A stretch of 64,000 nucleotides of DNA, from positions 23,870,001 through 23,934,000 of the forward strand of contig NC_086386.1 in assembly GCF_036588685.1 (NCBI RefSeq), in the 5' to 3' direction. The position numbers and the translations under genes are program-made. This stretch comes from Mytilus trossulus. Lineage: Eukaryota. The notes under the pieces are model-generated. The model did no database searches, had not been told where the DNA came from, and worked only from the letters and a program-made list of their open reading frames with translations. Positions 53,601 to 63,095 of this stretch are shown here, one piece after another (position 1 is the first letter of the stretch; each line of letters starts with the position of its first letter).

Positions 53601-56600
53601 TCCTCGATTATGATATCTTTATCATAAACGGAAAGCTTAATACAAAAATTAATGATAAAAGACATGATTTTTCATTTCCTATCGTTAATTGTCCATTTTT
53701 AGATGGTGACGTTCCCTTGACACCATGATCTTATGGTGTTTTCATATGTCAACTTGTACGATTCGCTCGTTTTAGATTTAAACGAGATAAATTTATGTAT
53801 TACTGAAAAATTATAACCCCAGGGTTTTCGATTTCACAAACTAGTCAACACATTTACTAAATTTTATCATCGGTAAAAGGACATAATTCTTAAATATAGC
53901 TCAACATACAGAATTCTTATACGTTTAGGTATTTCACATCCAATCACAAAAATGTCAGTATAAACCTCAGAAACTAACAAAACTTTGATATAACCTTATT
54001 TAGAAGTGATATAGTTACGATACTGTTGTTAGGTCATTAAAATTGCATATTTGGCTTTAATATTGATTCACTTATAGGGTAATTGCATCGGAACTAAATA
54101 CATTTATTCATGTTATTTAATACACCAGTTGTTGGCATGCCACGGGTTATGTTCGTCTCATATATGTTATGATCGATGGTATAAAACTAAACGACTAACG
54201 GGAGGGATTGTGCCTGCTATTCATATGATGAGGACATTGTCTTTCAATCAGTTTAATTGAAGTCTGGAGCGGGCATGTCAGTTAACTGCTAATAATCTGT
54301 TGTTATTTATGTTTAGTTGTCATTTTGTTTATTTTCTGTTGTTTGATCGTCTGACATCAAACTCGGACTTCTCTTAAACTGTATTTTACTGTGCGTATTA
54401 TTATGCGTTTACATTTCTACATAGGCAAGAGATATATGGGAGGGGGTGATATCTCATATACATGTTTAACCACGCTGCATTTTTGCGCCTGTCCCAGGTC
54501 AGGAGAAACTAGCCTTTGTTAGTTTTGTATTATTTTTAATTTTAGTTTCTTGTGTATAAGTTGGAGTTTACTATGGCGTACATTAATACTAAACTAGAAT
54601 ATATATATTTGTTTTTAGGCCAGCTAAAGAACGCCTCCGGGTGCGGGAATTTCTCACAGCATTGAAAACCTATTGGTGACTTTCTGCTGTTGTCTGTTCT
54701 TTGGTCGAGTTGTTGTCTCTTTGACACATTCCCCATTTCTATTTTCAATTTAATTAATTAATATGGTCATCAAATATTTGCTTTAAACCATCGTCATGAT
54801 GACTTAAACAATCATCCCAACTTTTTATAGCTTTATATATTATGGACTTTGTTGTGATTAAACATATTTTTAATAAGTTGAAAAATATATATATTTCTTA
54901 CATTGGTTTTTCATAAAAAATGAGGTAATTTCTGTTTGTATAATTGACAGGATGAAAAAAAGAAATTAACCATGACATTACAAAAGGAGTTGACACAAAT
55001 GTTTTCCTCACACAAACTTCAAGAGCATATACTCTGCGACAAAGTCTTTTTCATCGACGCAAGAGATGAGGAAGATATAGAAATTGTTCGGTTAAAGGAC
55101 ACATTAGTTGATATCGCCTTCCAGCAGTCAACATGGGGTCAACAAATGCCAATTGTTTGGGTGCCACTTGATTTACAAATATCAGATATGAGAGCAGATG
55201 GAGTAAAGTTGATTACAAAAGAGGAACTTCTGGAAATTAACCAGTCCAATAAAGAATTCGCTCTAAGTGAAAGAAGAGTTGAAGATTTTTTACTTGTTCA
55301 TCACTCAATAGGAAAGCTATTGTACTTTGATCAACCTGCTTTAAGAGATTTCGTTGTTATTCAGCCTTCAGCAATGGTAAATATCCTTAGAGCTTTCATT
55401 ACAGACATAATGTTTTGGCCAGAAGAAGGACCCATTCGAGACATACTGGAGAGCTTATCATCCACTGGAGTTCTAAAGAAGACCGACCTTTTTACTCTGT
55501 GGTCACAACCAGCTTTCAAAGATATTTTGACTGATGACAGAACAAAGGAATATGTAGTTCAGGTTCTTCTTCATCTTGACATCCTTGTTGAACCTAAACG
55601 CTACACAGAGAAGGATACAGCTGCAGATTTATTTCTGGTTCCTTGCATCGTGAAATCTAAAATTCCACCAAAAATGAAGAAAAATGCTACAGATGACAGA
55701 ACAATATGCATAGCTTATCATCTGAAGGAGACCGTGGTTCCATCTGCTTTGTCGTTCAAGCTCATAGGGGCTGCAATAAGCATCTGGCCATTGAAACTAG
55801 TAGACACTCGTTTTTGTGTCTATTTTCAAGCTGCAATACTGGATGCTGATAACAAAAATGAACTTCAAATTTCTGTGGATGACCAAAGAATCGTTGTTTA
55901 TCTAATAAATGAGGTGTCAAAGCAACATATCTCACCAGATCTAGCGACAACAGTTCAGGAATGCTTGACTCTGGCACTTGGACGAATTCTTGAATTTTAT
56001 GGTCGTTGTTTTGGTAAAGAAAGTCACCAAGTGATATCCGATTTATTTGAAATAGAAGTTGGAGAGATATGCAATGGAGAAACTTGTTTAATTCCTTTGT
56101 CGAAAGTGAAAAAGCAAACACATTGGAAATGCAAGAATGGAAATCAACATGAAGCAAAATATCCTCTGACTTGGGTGTTTGATAAGGTAAGTTATTTTTC
56201 TTATAATATGTTTTACTCTTTAAGCATGCATTTAATTGATGTTTATTAGAAGACTAATGGAATCTTCCATACTCTGAAAAACAATTTGTTGAATATACTT
56301 TTGAAAAAAATAAAGATGATAGATAGACGAAGGCTTGTTTATAGTAAAAGTTCCATAGAAAATGCAGTTAGGTTTTCATGAATATTTCTAAAGTTTTATA
56401 ACAAAACTCATGCAATGTCTATACACAAATTGATGATGTAATTACACAGTCCTGTTTTACACTCTGATAAATAACATTAACACAACATAAAATTGAAATG
56501 GGAAAAGAATGTTCGATTTAGGACATGTCAGTTAAGATAATAATTTTTGTTTTTATCTGTTTGTCTTTTTATTTGTGACGTTGTCCGTAAATTATCGATC

Positions 56601-59600
56601 TACAAGTTTGGGTGTCCCTGTTGTATCGTTCGTCCCTCTTTCAAATATGAAATCAACAAATAATCCTTTCTTGTCCGAAATGCAATCAACTGTATGGCTA
56701 AAGAAAGAAAATAAAAACATACACAAGTAGAAAGGCAAGGACTAAGTATAGTAACATGAAACACTAAATAAAACATTTGTTTGCAGACTCTAAGCTTTTT
56801 AATGTTTATTTTTCAGAATAAAGAGCATTGTGATCCAAACTGTAAAGGTAATTGAATAACTATAATTGATTTAAAGAGGGAGAAGTATCACTATGGGCAA
56901 AAAAGTCATAAGACACACAAAAAGGCAATACTGATCAACATGGCCCAAGAAAAAAGTCAATATTTAGCATTTTTAAGAAATGTATATTTAGTAACATGTA
57001 CTGGTCCTCAAAAACTTCGGCTGAATTCAGGTGATATGAAATGTTAAAGCCGTTCCTAACGCAGTAATCATAAGCATGTCATTTGACATATGAATAAATG
57101 AAAATTAAACCAAACAGTGGTTCATAAAGTGTGATTAGTTTTCAAATCCGGGATCACCAATGTGACTCAAAATTTAATATTGGATTTAAATCAGAAGCCA
57201 TTATATAAACCATCAAACTGAAGACAACTTATATGGTCATTTGACGACCCTAAATATAAACATAAACATGAATATGAATAGACGGATAAAGTCATTCAGT
57301 TTGAGGATTAGAAGACAAAGAAAGAGGCAACACTGGTTCATTTGTTTAAATGTCGACATTCTATCTTTTTAATATCTATTAGAAATCTCCTGTTTACAAA
57401 ACTTTGTTTTTTTTCGAAAAACTAAGGATTTTCTTATCCCAGGCAAAGATTACCTAAGCCGTATTTGTCACACCTTTTTGGAATTTGGATCCTCAATGCT
57501 CTTCAACTTTGTACTTAGTTGGCTTTATAAATATTTTGATATGAGCGTCGCTGATGAGTCTTATGTAGACGAAACGCGCGTCTGTCGTACTAAATTATCA
57601 TCCTGGTATCTTTGATAACTATTTGATAACTGAATATTTTAGCATAGACTAATTATTTGGCAGTAAGATAAAGGTTGCATGCATACATGTTAAAATTAGG
57701 TAGAACTATTGACCTCATGGCAAAAATTACATTTGTGACCTTTTGTATCTTATTTTGACAAAACCGAACAAAAAAATCTGTTAATAGTTTTCTCATCATA
57801 CTTATTTATCTCAGACTATAAGCATCAGGCAGTATTTAGTATCACTGGGCGTTTAACTTGTCATTGTCAACCAATTATAATTAATTTGAGTGGTTGTGCT
57901 AAAAGTGAGCTAGTAAATTAATAACATTGCAGAAAAGAGCTGCAAGACTAATGTCAGATGCTGACCCACTTCCATCTTCAGCACCACTCTTTAAACAGCT
58001 TAAGAGGATGTCATTAAAGAACAGAATCGCATATTAGTACATTTAATCTGTTGATGCAGAAATGCATTAAAAAAGATAATTTTCATACACTTACTCAAAC
58101 TTTATTCATTGTTATTGTTGAGGTACTTTGAATTATGCCACTACTATTATTATTATTATTGTATAGCAATATAATTTTTCCCACAGAACGTAACCAAAAG
58201 TTAGCGTGCAATAAATTCTAATATTGCACTAGTGCAATAAGTCTTCAATATTCATGACGTCATCAACGACAAAATCTTATCTAAAACCATTTTTTACTTT
58301 CAAATATTATATTGCTATACAATAAAAGGGTTATTGCATGAATATTGGGGAATATTGTCCCTCGTAGAACATATATTGCACTCGCAAGCTCGTGCAATAT
58401 AAAATTCTACTTGGGACAATATTCCCCAATNNNNNNNNNNNNNNNNNNNNNNNNNNNNNNNNNNNNNNNNNNNNNNNNNNNNNNNNNNNNNNNNNNNNNN
58501 NNNNNNNNNNNNNNNNNNNNNNNNNNNNNNNNNNNNNNNNNNNNNNNNNNNNNNNNNNNNNNNNNNNNNNNNNNNNNNNNNNNNNNNNNNNNNNNNNNNN
58601 NATTTTTTTTATCCTTTTGTGAAAGATAGAAACTTTATATGCAAATATCAGCAGCAAAAATACAACTTCACATAAGCCAACATTAACAAAATCGTCAGTC
58701 GAGCTCTTCAAGGAAAATTTTGCGTATCTTGTACATTTCTTTATAATATTATCGTCAAACCTATAAAAGATGAATAGAAAATTTGAATAGAAAAAATGAT
58801 CAGCAGGACAATATTTACAATTTAGTCACCTTTTTCCAAAATCATTAGAACACTATTGATATGAGTGATTTCCCTTGTTTGTGTTTAGAAGAAAATAAAA
58901 ACTTGTAAACCAAAAACTTTTGAGGAGTACAAGATCATTAAAAAAAACATTTCTCATGAATTCTATATTTTTGACAAAATTAGAGAGGGTCTATTATTGA
59001 AGCCCATAAACATAGGACTGGTGTCAAACTACAAATCAAACTAGCCTTTACGAGATACATACATTCAGAAAGCTAAATAGATAAATTCAGTATACTATAA
59101 TAATTTTCAATATTTTGATCTAAGAAATGGCAGACCTACAATAATGTTCATCTAATACTATTTGGATGCATACAATTAAAACATTAAGAAAGCTAGAAAG
59201 ATTATCTCAACAATTTTTTTCCGTGAGGTGAGGTTGACATCTGTCATAATAACGTAATTTACATTCAAGGTCTTGAAAGAGAAACAAAAACGCTGCTTTT
59301 GAAACCAATTGATCAGCATTTTGTTCATCTTACCAAAAAACTTGGTATAGCTGAATTTTACAAGTTCTTCATTTATCTTGGTATGACAAAGGCTGATTAC
59401 GATAACTTAAATTATCGTTATTTCTCAAATCCTATGGACATGATGCTGATGGGGATGTTTCAGTGGAGAGATAAAACAGAAAGTGATCAATCACCTGCTA
59501 CATTTGGGAAATTGCTGAAAGCATTGAAGGCTATTGATAGTCACCACTACCTATGCCAGGTTAGTTTTGTAAAGTGTGTTAGCTTTCTGTGTTACAAAGA

Positions 59601-61060
59601 AAGAAATCTATAATGTTTTCATTATGTAAAATAGTATGATCCATCATAACACCATATAATTAAGTTACCTGTACTAAGCTATGATCATTTAGTTTTAATA
59701 CAGTCGTTTTCCATTTGTTCCGTGAATGGAGCGTTTTACAATGTCCGCTTAGGGGCATTATGTTCTTTGGTCTGTCCGTCTGTTCGTTCGTCCGTCCGTC
59801 TGTCCCGCTCCAGGTCAATGTTTTGGTGACGGCATTTTTTTATGAAGTTGAAGTCCAATGAACATGACATTTAGAATACATGTTTCCTATGATATGAACT
59901 TTCTACATTTAATTCCAAATTTAGAGTTTTGATTCCTATTCAACGTTCCACTGAACATAGATAATTATAGTGCTAGTTAGGCATTCGTGTTCTATGAACA
60001 CATTTTGGTTTTGTCAGAATTTATGGACCTATCCTTCTTTCAATTTACCCTAGAGTTCTATATCTTCACTTGACTTAAACAACTCAGCTTATTTTTCAAA
60101 TTGATTGGTTACCTTGACAGGAAATGATTATCCAAGTTAAAATATGGACATTTCAGTGAATGTAACATAATTTTTATTATAGCCTCACAGAAGATGTATA
60201 CTGACTTTAATAATCACGTTAAATTTCCTAAATTACCACTAAACGGTAGATAAAATGAAAATGTATACAATGTCACTACTGTATTGTTGGTTTTTGTTCA
60301 ATATATATTTTTACCAGAATTATGCTATGTATAAATAAATTTGATGTTCATTTTTCATTTCTGTTATTTTATATTTAACATATTTCAGATACACAGAGAG
60401 GATCATAGTTTAGTTGGTATGTCTATTGTTATAGAATCGTTGCTGTTTCAATCATATTTGTTTGTAACTTCACAGCTTGTTTTATGCCATTTCCTTGAAC
60501 CAATCTTACAATACATCCAAAGTGAGAATGGCAAAGGGGAATATGTCAGAGACAACACGCCAGCAGTATGCCGCTGTATACATGTTCTTGCAATCTTTTA
60601 TAATATTTGTGTTAGATGTATTTTATGGTTGAGCTATTAAAGTAGAAGATCAATGATGTTTTTTTACCTGTTTTCATATTTTGTTTCCACTATAAAAAAA
60701 CACAAATAAAGTTAATATCATTTATTGATTATGATTTCCTTTCATGTATTTACAGAACAAGTTCACAGTCACCTGCAAGTTGTTCCGTCAGATGAAGTAA
60801 TTAATACTTTGACCGAAGAGAAGCTGATAGGTGATTGTGTTGTTCACTTAGGAGTTGAATTAGGTCTTACCATTGGTGATATAAAGGAGACTATGCACAA
60901 CTTTCCGAGCGATTTAAATGGTCGAATACATGATCTTTTAATCAAATGGAAAAAAACAAACAAGGTGACACCAACAATATACCGGCTTATGGTAGCTTTA
61001 AAACGTGTTGAAGCGGCTGAAGGACTAGCTTTCCTGAAGAAAACATATGGTGTCGAATAA
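17649..61060 (+). CDS. Spliced gene: ankyrin repeats-Roc-COR-death-death (kinase-less ROCO, DAPK-like architecture)
   Basis: Exons 17649-17666, 20798-20881, 34355-34453, 35666-35764, 36903-37010, 37833-37910, [44942-44978, 47865-47917 tentative], 48615-48885, 49383-49874, 52784-52890, 54951-56186, 56817-56847, 59270-59559, 60389-60416, 60756-61060. All introns are GT-AG with matching phases; total 3246 nt (3336 with tentative exons), stop-free. Confidence 0.85.
18950..20680 (+). mobile_element. Degenerate 5'-truncated non-LTR retrotransposon (RTE-X-like)
   Basis: Frameshifted GVIQGD.SP, FADD, YKYL, KPIILYGS, ELGRFP, IEDEFHVLINC; (ATTCTT)n tail at 20656-20680. Clade assignment is tentative. 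Confidence 0.75.
20798..20881 (+). CDS. Ankyrin exon 1 (KLLKAAEAGDIKDLRLCLQNRADINFKG)
   Basis: ttacag|...|gtaagt; N-capping ankyrin consensus LLxAAxxG...ADIN. Confidence 0.85.
21183..21670 (-). repeat. Probable 3' LTR of the BEL/Pao element
   Basis: Minus strand gcggcccccagta|TGTTG...AACA; no partner LTR seen, so the outer boundary is inferred. Confidence 0.5.
21183..26532 (-). mobile_element. Decayed BEL/Pao LTR retrotransposon (gag-PR-RT-RH-IN), 5' end missing
   Basis: Cys/His knuckles, LFDEGAQRSF, EKAFL/YVDN, LHVFVDA..AYGAV, SDNA, APWFGGWWERL, C-terminal GNDGLVR; many stops and frameshifts. Confidence 0.95.
26533..27635 (-). mobile_element. About 850-bp non-coding retroposon with degenerate hammerhead, copy A, with a tandemly duplicated 240-bp 5' unit
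   Basis: Near-identical to 28475-29318; 27171-27400 is repeated at about 27411-27635. Confidence 0.8.
27801..28086 (+). mobile_element. Retrozyme-like monomer
   Basis: Interspersed repeat (also 57350-57622, 40170-40385, 61410-61500, 8122-8149) carrying a hammerhead; interrupts a 58-bp minisatellite. Confidence 0.8.
28009..28052 (+). ncRNA. Minimal type I hammerhead ribozyme
   Basis: gcgtca CTGATGA gtct-tatgt-agat GAAA c-gcgc-gTC^ tggcgt; predicted cleavage after 28046; G-U pair at the base of stem II. Confidence 0.85.
28475..29318 (-). mobile_element. About 850-bp non-coding retroposon with degenerate hammerhead, copy B
   Basis: Direct repeat of copy A; a 3' fragment also lies at 45195-45381 (+). 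Confidence 0.8.
29536..32143 (+). mobile_element. 5'-truncated Tx1/L1-clade LINE, degenerate, with poly-A and 15-bp TSD
   Basis: KSPG.NGLT.EFYK.FW, DQTGY, GIRQG.PLS, SQLADDTT, GGLRMID, Cys/His tail; TSD gatattacacgaaat at 29521-29535 and 32144-32158. Confidence 0.9.
32144..32335. repeat. About 21-bp degenerate minisatellite (ggttttgtcattactcaatat)
   Basis: Visible periodicity; continues left of the LINE at about 29490-29535. Confidence 0.7.
34355..34453 (+). CDS. Ankyrin exon 2 (DFGFTAVMLAARKGHLDVSLLLIDSRCKKDTTD)
   Basis: 99 nt, phase 0/0, ttccag|...|gtatgt; GxTAxxLAAxxGH motif. Confidence 0.9.
34914..35464 (+). mobile_element. Non-autonomous element with subTIR pair and long terminal hairpin
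   Basis: attctaatgca / tgcattagaat at 34916 and 35288, then palindrome 35300-35464. Confidence 0.65.
35666..35764 (+). CDS. Ankyrin exon 3 (DDGWTAFMWAAFGGYLDISRLLLDRGCRPDNTD)
   Basis: 99 nt, phase 0/0, ttccag|...|gtacgt. Confidence 0.9.
36903..37010 (+). CDS. Ankyrin exon 4 (RDGRTALHLAALNGHLQVARYLVEKAGISPFVLTHK)
   Basis: 108 nt, phase 0/0, tatag|...|gtaata; canonical TALHLAA. Confidence 0.9.
37833..37910 (+). CDS. Ankyrin exon 5, C-cap (GETPFDLAAAKVQYLESTREVSTYLQ)
   Basis: 78 nt, phase 0/0, tttcag|...|gtacac; GxTPxDLA. Confidence 0.88.
38017..38180. repeat. About 22-bp tandem repeat (aaattttgaaaatatcaaagtgta)
   Basis: About 7 visible copies. Confidence 0.85.
38510..39073. mobile_element. 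Kolobok-like MITE
   Basis: Imperfect TIR aggagtag..gtaag..ttttgg / ccaaaa..cttac..ctactcct; TTAA on the right, TAAA on the left. Confidence 0.6.
39108..39317. mobile_element. Tc1/mariner-type MITE (same family as 48388-48595)
   Basis: Ends aatgaattcacag; repeated ccacgaaa motifs. Confidence 0.65.
40494..44866. mobile_element. Non-autonomous EnSpm/CMC-like DNA transposon (4.37 kb)
   Basis: TIR cccagtaaaca / tgtttactggg, 2-bp TSD GT, ACGT-rich subterminal repeats at both ends; no transposase ORF. Confidence 0.8.
43630..43774. mobile_element. hAT5-like MITE with 5-bp TSD
   Basis: TIR caggggcggatcca / tggatccgcgcctg; TSD TACAG. Confidence 0.8.
44942..44978 (+). CDS. Tentative linker micro-exon (KHHEKWTVSTKS)
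   Basis: tcaag|37 nt|gtagaa; phase 0/1, keeps frame only together with 47865-47917. Confidence 0.4.
46980..47775 (+). mobile_element. Degenerate copy of the Penelope-like element at 15507-16455
   Basis: Collinear nucleotide similarity with frameshifts; further fragments near 50915-51050 (-), 33225-33400 and 56540-56640. Confidence 0.88.
47865..47917 (+). CDS. Tentative linker micro-exon (ENEVRKIEKFHSNHCDSQ)
   Basis: ccttag|53 nt|gtcaat; phase 1/0; 37+53=90 nt is in frame. Confidence 0.4.
48388..48595. mobile_element. Tc1/mariner-type MITE, TA TSD
   Basis: ta|ctgtggattcatt...aatgaattcacag|ta. Confidence 0.8.
48615..48885 (+). CDS. Roc GTPase exon: P-loop and switch I
   Basis: GPCNIGKSS (G1) and STDG (G2); tatag|...G|gtaaat. 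Confidence 0.93.
49383..49874 (+). CDS. Roc exon: long insert and G3 (DFGGQ...THQLF)
   Basis: Roc-specific DFGGQKSFDMTHQLF; phases 1/1. Confidence 0.93.
51560..52590 (-). mobile_element. HINE/Helitron-like element with about 270-bp tandem core repeats
   Basis: tgacctttgaccttgacc near 51608, 51880 and 52150, with collinear units. Confidence 0.6.
52784..52890 (+). CDS. Roc exon with G4 (HWINSV...VFAATHSDK)
   Basis: ttgcag|...|gtatgt; Roc G4-type THxD; phases 1/0. Confidence 0.92.
53400..54750 (+). mobile_element. Degenerate Penelope-like element, second family
   Basis: FKYFDDI, IYPVEL, FLD, DKRHDFSFPIVN.PFLDG; its 3'-end sequence recurs at 34628-34790 (-) and 35985-36245 (+). Confidence 0.82.
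54951..56186 (+). CDS. Roc end and COR domain exon
   Basis: WGQQMPIVWVPL, HSIGKLLYF, VVIQP and FLVPC match COR-type motifs; gacag|...|gtaagt. Confidence 0.93.
56817..56847 (+). CDS. Micro-exon (NKEHCDPNCK)
   Basis: tttcag|31 nt|gtaatt; needed to bridge phase 0 to phase 1. Confidence 0.8.
57350..57622 (+). mobile_element. Retrozyme-like monomer, second copy
   Basis: Collinear with 27810-28086. Confidence 0.8.
57545..57588 (+). ncRNA. Minimal type I hammerhead ribozyme
   Basis: gcgtcg CTGATGA gtct-tatgt-agac GAAA c-gcgc-gTC^ tgtcgt; predicted cleavage after 57582; one mismatch in stem I. Confidence 0.87.
58156..58430 (+). mobile_element. subTIR plus long-hairpin element, running into gap 58431-58601
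   Basis: ttattgtatagcaata / tattgctatacaataa, then palindrome 58344-58430. Confidence 0.65.
59270..59559 (+). CDS. Death domain 1 exon
   Basis: FIYLGMT...MFQWRDK...ATFGKLLKALKAID fits the death-fold pattern; phases 1/0. Confidence 0.87.
59715..60010 (+). mobile_element. Short HINE-like element
   Basis: (GTCC/GTCT)n near the 5' end and a short 3' palindrome gtgttc-tat-gaacac. Confidence 0.5.
60389..60416 (+). CDS. Micro-exon (IHREDHSLV)
   Basis: tttcag|28 nt|gtatgt; needed to bridge phase 0 to phase 1. Confidence 0.8.
60756..61060 (+). CDS. Death domain 2, terminal exon
   Basis: LGVELGL...LLIKWKK...PTIYRLMVALKRV; TAA stop overlaps an AATAAA. Confidence 0.9.
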
Positions 61061-61636
61061 AAAGTACGCCGTAAATTTAGGAAAAAAAACCAAATTATTA
61101 CTTCAACAACTTAGAAATACAGTGCTTATAACTAACTTTGAGTTCATATAGTACCATCGGTACAGACACTGATATTGGTGAACTGCACACATTACTTATT
61201 TTTGATCATTTAAAGGGCAAACATTTACATCAAAAAAGTTCTCAGTGTTACTATTGTTTGAACTTGTGTTCGTTACTATTTTCATGTCCTCCAATTACAT
61301 TTGAAATATTTTGAAATGATGGAACCTACCACATGTATACGGAAATTTCCAAATGCTCAAATTGAGGTAAAAACCAATCTTCGAAATACCGCATACACTG
61401 TTTCCCCTAGGGTATCACCAGATCAGAAGTCAGCACTTCGGTGTTGACACGAATATCAATTATGTGGTAGTATAAATTTTCTGTTTATAAAAGTATGAAT
61501 ATTTCACTTAAATTATTTGTTGTATAAATAAATGTTACTGTGTGTATTGTATGCCTTTGTACATCAATAAGTGTTATTTTTTATGTGTACCGTGTGTTTG
61601 TTGTGTTGTTTTGTTTAAAAGTTTACTTAACTCCAC

Positions 61637-61805
61637 CAGTGGCGGATCCAGACATATTTATAAGTGGGGGCCCCCTGATTGCGTAAGAGCGGACCCGCTG
61701 CGAACATGCTTTTATTTAGTAATTCCCTTTATAATCAACCAATTTTTCTCCAGACAAAAAAGGGATGTACGGGCCGCCCCTGATCCCCCTCTAAATCCGC
61801 CTATG
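61637..61805. mobile_element. hAT5-like MITE with 5-bp TSD
   Basis: TIR cagtggcggatcc / aaatccgcctatg; TSD TCCAC. Confidence 0.75.
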
Positions 61806-62190
61806 TCCACTGCATACATTTCACACATCTGTGGTTTTTCAGCAGTTGTATGGTTGAATAAATCATTGTGATGTTATGAGAAAAGTGAAACAATAACATT
61901 TATTATCGCTATTTTACGAGTTTCCTTTGTTATTACCTGGATGTTAGTGTCCTTTCTCTGCAATAAAGCGTTGCCCGTGCACACAATTAAGTGCGCATCA
62001 TACAAAATGTTCTTCGGTCAACGCTTTTACACCCCAATGAAGTTACAAAAAGAACCATTAAATTGTTAATTCAAGTATAATCACGGCTAGTAATCTACAC
62101 ACGCAGAACAATTGATTCTGCAATTAGCACATACATACAACTGTTCGTCCAATCAAATTACTTGAATTTGTCTTCTAACTTTCATATATA

Positions 62191-62719
62191 AAATAAAGTA
62201 CAGGTTCCAGCCCCTGCGCCGGGGAGGAAGTTACGAATCAAATCTACTCTAACATCGTTAGGTTGATTTTCTAGGCACTTTATACATATTCTAAGGCCTG
62301 GTATTTCTTAATCATAAGAAATCCGATGGACAAGGTATAATTTGCAGTTGTCACTACACACAGGCAGACATATACACATATATATTTACAGTGATTGTAT
62401 GCTTCTATTAATAGATTAGCATCCTGCAATTATACTGAAGAGATGAGTAGATGATCATTTCTTTTCCCTTTAAAATAAATACTTCGCGTATTGTATCAGA
62501 GATCCTTGTTTAATTCCTAAGAGCAGGTATTACCTCCCAAAACGAAAGCTTATTTTTATAAGCTAGAGTTAGAGGAGGGGATAAGGTCTCTGCACAATGC
62601 TAGGCGGTGTTGTCGTAGAAGTTAGAAATAAAGTACAGGTTCCAGCCCCGGCGCCGGGGAGGAAGTTACGAATCAAATCTACTCTAACATCGTAAGGTTG
62701 ATTTTCTAGGCACTTTATA
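62191..62719 (+). repeat. About 93-bp direct repeats (62191-62284 and 62626-62719), SINE-like 3' halves
   Basis: Near-identical; B-box-like ggttccagccc; tail resembles the adjacent SINE. Confidence 0.7.
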
Positions 62720-62855
62720 TATATATATATATATACAACTCGTCTAAAAATCAACCCAACAATGTTAGATCTGTAAATTTGCTTTCGCAAATTTTTGGTT
62801 CTTCCCTCGCACTGCACTGCAGCCGTCCCGCTAGACCACACGACCACCTGGGCTC
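62718..62855 (-). mobile_element. tRNA-derived SINE, internally deleted
   Basis: Minus strand gagcccaggTGGTCGTGTGGtctagcg (A-box-like), (TA)n tail, no B box. Confidence 0.55.
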
Positions 62856-63095
62856 GCAAAAAAGAGCTTTTGCTGGCCATGTGTTACCTTTCCACGTCAG
62901 TTTTAATCTAGCGGCGTACTACAGTACATGATATATAAGGCATGCAGATGTTAATGTTACAGATCAGCTAAATTATCTATAGTAAAGGATCCTACAAAGT
63001 AATAAAAGATACAGTCACAGAAAATAATTATATTCATAAGTACGTCTGAGTCAGTGACAACTCTACAACAGATGTATCCATCAGATATATAGAGA

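Noticed and set aside
55762-56157. 131-aa antisense ORF
   Set aside because: Shadow of the COR exon with no motifs.
17649-61060. Assigning the symbol DAPK1, LRRK or MFHAS1
   Set aside because: No kinase or LRR domain, and two death domains; orthology cannot be established by eye.
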